Below are positions 59,689-64,000 of a stretch of DNA of 64,000 nucleotides, one piece after another. This DNA comes from an uncultured delta proteobacterium. GTDB lineage: Bacteria; Desulfobacterota; Binatia; UBA9968. Within the stretch, counting starts at the first letter, position 1. Each line of letters starts with the position of its first letter. The DNA lies in NCBI GenBank assembly GCA_963804165.1, contig CAWDPO010000009.1, positions 93,682-157,681 of the forward strand. The letters are read 5' to 3'. The notes under the pieces were generated by a model. That model was not told the DNA's origin. It saw nothing but the letters and a program-made list of their open reading frames with translations, and searched no databases. The position numbers and the translations under genes are program-made.

Positions 59689-59850
59689 CTTGACTTTTTT
59701 TGGTTTTTTTGTCGGCGCCACAATTCTCGGATGGCATTGGCCGAATACTGAGAGAATCACGCCCGTCTACGCGCGGCTACTACAACTTAGATGGCGTTGT
59801 CAGTGGTATCCAACGACTTATTCTGCATTCGTCGAAAAAATGTTTCGACT
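59678..59850 (+). pseudogene. Probable remnant of small permease TctB
   Basis: MKLDLTFFGFFVGATILGWHWP overlapping the tctA stop, too short and degenerate; end approximate. Confidence 0.4.
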
Positions 59851-59934
59851 TCTCACGGCAAACGCAGTTGACGCTCATGCCAATATTAAAATATTGCGCA
59901 TGCTCCAAGGAATTCGCAGTCAAAGGAGATCCAT

Positions 59935-61434
59935 ATGCTTGAGGCTTTTATCTCAGGATTTTGGCAAGTACTCGCATGGCCAGCCTTTGGCTACATGCTT
60001 CTCGGTATCGCTATCGGCTTTTGGGTAGGTCTTCTTCCCGGCATCGGCGGCCTCTCGACATTGGCGCTGATGTTGCCATTTTCCTACAACATTAAAGAAC
60101 CGATTTCGGCGTTTGCTTTTCTTCTCGGCATGCTCGCCGTTACGGGCACCACTGGCGATTTAACCTCCGTTCTTTTTGGGATCCCCGGGGAGGGATCTTC
60201 GGCCGCCTTGATACTCGACGGCTATCCCATGTCGAAAAACGGCGAGGCTGGGCGTGCCTTGGGCGCGGCGATCATGAGCTCGGTGGTAGGCGCTATAATC
60301 GGCGCGCTGTCTCTCGCACTCTCGATTCCGATCATGCGCCCGCTCGTGCTGCTCTTCGGCTCCCCGGAGCTTTTTATCATCGCGATCATGGGCATAACCT
60401 TTATCGGCACCCTGGCTGGAACATCTTTGATCAAGGGGCTTTTGGCCGGCGGTATTGGCTTGATGCTGGCGGCCATCGGCGTCGATCCGCAGACCGGCTC
60501 CCTCCGATACACCTTTGGCTCTCTGTATCTGTGGGACCGCCTGGACATTATTCCGGTCGTCGTCGGCATGTTTGCGATTCCCGAAATCGTTGATTTGGCT
60601 GTGCGCGGCACCAGCATCGCGAGCGGAAGCCCAGGGAAACTCACCGGCGTGATGGAAGGCGTCAAAGACACCTTTCGCCACTTCTGGCTGGTGGTCCGCT
60701 GTAGCTTGATCGGTGTTTACTTCGGCGTCCTTCCCGTTCTGGGCGCCAACGTCGCCCAATGGATTTCCTACGCGCACGCGGTGGCTGGTTTAAAAGACAA
60801 ATCGCGCGCCGGCAAAGGTGCAGTCGAAGGCCTGCTCGGTCCAGGCACCGCGAATAATTCAACCCGTGGCGGAGACTTGATTCCGACCCTTGCCTTCGGT
60901 ATTCCCGGCAGCGGCTCTATGGCGCTGCTGCTCGGCGCCATGTTGATCGTCGGTCTCAATCCCGGTCCCGAGATGCTCAAGTCGCGCCTTGACGTGACTT
61001 TCTCGATGGTCTGGGTATTGATTATCTCCAACATCATCGTGGCTGGGTTGTGTTTCTTGATCTTGAATCATCTGGCGGCTTTGACGTTCATTCGCGGCAC
61101 CTTGTTGATTCCGTTCTTGATGTTTCTGGTTTTCATCGGCTCGTTCACCGCGAACAACGATCTCAACGACGTCATCACCACGCTGATCTTCGGCTTTATC
61201 GGTTTTTGCATGGTCAAGTTCGGCTGGCCGCGGCCGCCGTTGATACTGGGGCTCACCCTCGGCAAGATCGCGGAAAATTATCTGTGGATTTCTACCGCCG
61301 CCTACGGCGCCAAATGGCTTATGTTCCCGACGGTCATTGGGCTCATTGCGCTCACCATCTTCACCGTGGCCTATCCGACGATCAAAGAACGCATGGGCAA
61401 AGCCAAATACGAACGCCCGGAAGACGCGGTTTAA
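59935..61434 (+). CDS. tctA: TctA, paralog 2
   Basis: G..IG..VGLLPGIG, LFGIPG, DGYPM..NGEAGRALG, ANN, IPTLAFGIPGS. Confidence 0.93.
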   Translation: MLEAFISGFWQVLAWPAFGYMLLGIAIGFWVGLLPGIGGLSTLALMLPFSYNIKEPISAFAFLLGMLAVTGTTGDLTSVLFGIPGEGSSAALILDGYPMSKNGEAGRALGAAIMSSVVGAIIGALSLALSIPIMRPLVLLFGSPELFIIAIMGITFIGTLAGTSLIKGLLAGGIGLMLAAIGVDPQTGSLRYTFGSLYLWDRLDIIPVVVGMFAIPEIVDLAVRGTSIASGSPGKLTGVMEGVKDTFRHFWLVVRCSLIGVYFGVLPVLGANVAQWISYAHAVAGLKDKSRAGKGAVEGLLGPGTANNSTRGGDLIPTLAFGIPGSGSMALLLGAMLIVGLNPGPEMLKSRLDVTFSMVWVLIISNIIVAGLCFLILNHLAALTFIRGTLLIPFLMFLVFIGSFTANNDLNDVITTLIFGFIGFCMVKFGWPRPPLILGLTLGKIAENYLWISTAAYGAKWLMFPTVIGLIALTIFTVAYPTIKERMGKAKYERPEDAV

Positions 61435-61806
61435 TTACCCTTACCACCGAGACGTGCGAGGCCGGCAGAATTACCACGCTGTCCGTATAATCTCCTCTGC
61501 GAGTACATTCTCGCTCCCCTTCGGACTTCACTGGTGTACTATAACAAGTGCCAAGCAAGGAAAGTTTTCCACGCTTAAGACCGCCCGTCAATCTACATAA
61601 CTAAGCCATGGCTGTGATTATGTTGGACGAAAAAACAAAAGACGATAGAAGTGCAATAATCTATCAAAAGACTTCGGCCAGCTAGCACAAGCGAAAAAAA
61701 AGTTGTTTTGAATGGCAGACTACTCCCGTCAAGTCTTGCATAAGCCAAGATGAAGTCGCTTCCGCGTAATCTTGATATTCACCGGCTACCTCATGGGGTC
61801 CGGTTG

Positions 61807-63713
61807 ATGTCAGGCGCAGGCCTGGCTTCGATCTTAGACATTGCAATTTTTTACGGGTTATCTGCCAATGGTTTACTACCGTCACTACCAATCTGCTTAG
61901 CTTTACTTTGGGAACGCTTTTAGGCTACTCGCTGATCGCGCGAGGAATATTCGCGCACACCTCTGCGGTTGCGGTCGATGACCTGCATGTCCGAGTTCTT
62001 TATGGCCGCTTCGCCATTATTTTTTTACTGGCGCTTTTTTTTCGCGGCATCCTCTTTCCCTGTTTACTGGAAAGCTCATATTGGCCGTTTCAACCGGCGA
62101 TTCTGTGGCCGCTTTCGCGGGCGCATCTCGTCCAGTTCTTCGGCGTGATCACAGTCGTGTTTGCGCAGGGTTCGTGGATATCTCCATCGCCGAATCATTG
62201 GCGACGACTCCGATCTAGTTGTCGGGTATACCGTTGCGTTCAGGCTAGCTGCAATGGGTCCGGTGAATTTGATCCCCGAGGAAGCCTACGATTGGAACTA
62301 CGCGCAGAACTTGGACTGGAGTTACCTCGATCACCCACCGATGGTTGCCTGGCTCATCTGGATCTCGACGGCGTTGTTCGGGAGATCAGAATTTGCCGTT
62401 GTTCTGCCAGCGTTAATTCCTGGAATCTCCGCGGCCGGATTATCTTCGCTTGACCGCCAACTTTTCTATCTTAACGCCGCGTTCCGTCGTCTTTTGCGAT
62501 GGCCGCTGCCGTTGTATTTTGGTTTTGGCTTTTTCATTACTCCTGATGCGCCGCTTTTCGCCGCGTGGGCGGGCTGCCTCTTTTATCTGTACCGTGCCTT
62601 GATCGCCGAAAGCCGTGGCTCCTGGTTTGGGGTGGCTTTATGCATGGGAGTGGGGTTACTGTCGAAATATACGATCTTGTTGCTGGCGTTCACCACCGCG
62701 GGTTTTTTGCTCGTTGACCGACGGTCAAGGCAGTGGTGGTTTCGCGTTGAAAATTATCTCGCGGCGCTCTTTCCTGAGCCATTTTTTCTGCCCGTACTCA
62801 TCTGGAACGCCGAGTGGGATGGGCCTCGTTTGTCTTTCAAGGCCCTCGTCGCTGGTCGGACAATTTTGATTTTTCACTGACTTTCCTGATTGGCTCCATT
62901 CTGCTGGTGCTCACTCCCCTGGGTGTGGCGGCAGTTGCCGAAATTCTTCTGCCACCGGCGACGGAAAACACCGCGCCGGTCAAGAGACGCCGGACTATCG
63001 ATGTCAACGGCCGTTTGGTTCGATGTTCACGCTCGTGCCACTATCCGTATTTTTGCCTTTTAGCTTCCTCCACCAACCTAAACTGAACTGGACGGCCCCC
63101 CTCTGGCTAGCGATTATTCCGTGGGTAGCGCAAACCATGGGCGGGAGGTTTACCCACCGGAAAATATTCCTGCTCGTGCGGCGGCGATGGGTGCCGAATC
63201 TGACGGCGCTCCTTCTCTTATTGAGCGCCGGGTTCTATTACATCAATTTGGGTTTACCGTGGGCGGGAGCGATGTCAAAAGGCCGGCTCCTGGTTGCCTG
63301 GAAAGTGGTGGGGATGAAAATCGATGCGTCCAACGAAGATCGAGGTTGAAACCGGCGCCAAAGCTCTAGTGGTTGGAATGGACAGGTATATGATCACCAG
63401 CGAGCTGGCTTTCTACGATCAACTGGACGGCAACAGATTCAAGAACGGTGGTGGAACTCACTTTTTCGGTGATCGAGGTCTCATGTGGGGGTATTGGTTT
63501 CCTAGCTCCGCTCAGGTCAGCAGAACCATTATCCTGGTGGATTTGCGCGCCGAGAGATTAACGAGGCGTCCCTACCATAAGTTTTTTGAGCGTATGACGG
63601 ACACCTTCACGGAAACTCTAGAGATCGACGGGCGAAATGTCGGACAACTTTACTGGCGCATCGGCTATGGCTACCGAGGCCCGCCCTCTGCGGCCAGTAG
63701 TCCAACCAACTGA
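61807..63713 (+). pseudogene. Degenerate GtrA + glycosyltransferase family 39 (ArnT/PMT-like) gene
   Basis: GtrA-like helices then PEEAY.WNYAQ.LD.SYLDHPPMVAWLI, TPDAPL, GLLSKYT, PVLIWN, K.NW; many frameshifts; start approximate. Confidence 0.7.
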
Positions 63714-64000
63714 AATCTGCCGGTGCAGTCACCGCCGATGACGAAGCCCGCATGCTCATGTTCGTCGCTCGCCGCCGCATTTCGAGCAGGGATCGCCACA
63801 CCACCGCGCCCTTTCAGTCTCGAAGGTGCGAATATTTGTACTGGTAGAGTCCTTCTGTGCTGGTTTGGTCGATTTGACGCGTGTAGAGGCACCCCCTACG
63901 GTGAGAAACTTTTGTTGTTGCCGGGGCCGTCGCGGACTGCTAGCGAGTTCCGCCCGCCAATCTCGGGAAATACATACTCAGACATGATTGCCTGAGTATA

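Noticed and set aside
63723-64000. Short ORFs at the window end
   Set aside because: No RBS, motif or consistent coding signal recognised.

Overview
Gene-dense, GC-rich bacterial chromosomal window. The gene content (many orphan solute-binding proteins, UbiD paralogs, cupins, VOC and DUF1989 proteins) suggests a Candidatus Binatia-like soil or sediment organism, which is an inference. Positions 1-53.5 kb are mostly transport and catabolic genes: an Fe3+/polyamine-type ABC system with three tandem binding proteins, five orphan NitT/TauT-type binding proteins, two UbiD decarboxylases, two phytoene-dehydrogenase-like flavoproteins, a RavA/ViaA-like pair, a sulfatase, thiI and a cluster bracketed by two DUF1989 genes. 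Many genes, especially at 10-18 kb, are broken by single-base indels that look like long-read assembly errors. Intergenic spaces hold several palindromic repeat families, some nested inside one another. At about 53.8-56.8 kb is a decaying, integrase-less integron cassette array: attC-like sites separate short genes, including PD-(D/E)XK-like and HEPN-like cargo. Gene scars follow, then a small possibly leaderless ORF and hairpin upstream of two divergent tctA paralogs, and a degenerate GtrA/GT39 gene. No rRNA, tRNA, CRISPR array, integrase or transposase was recognised. All product calls come from motif recognition by eye; no database searches were run.
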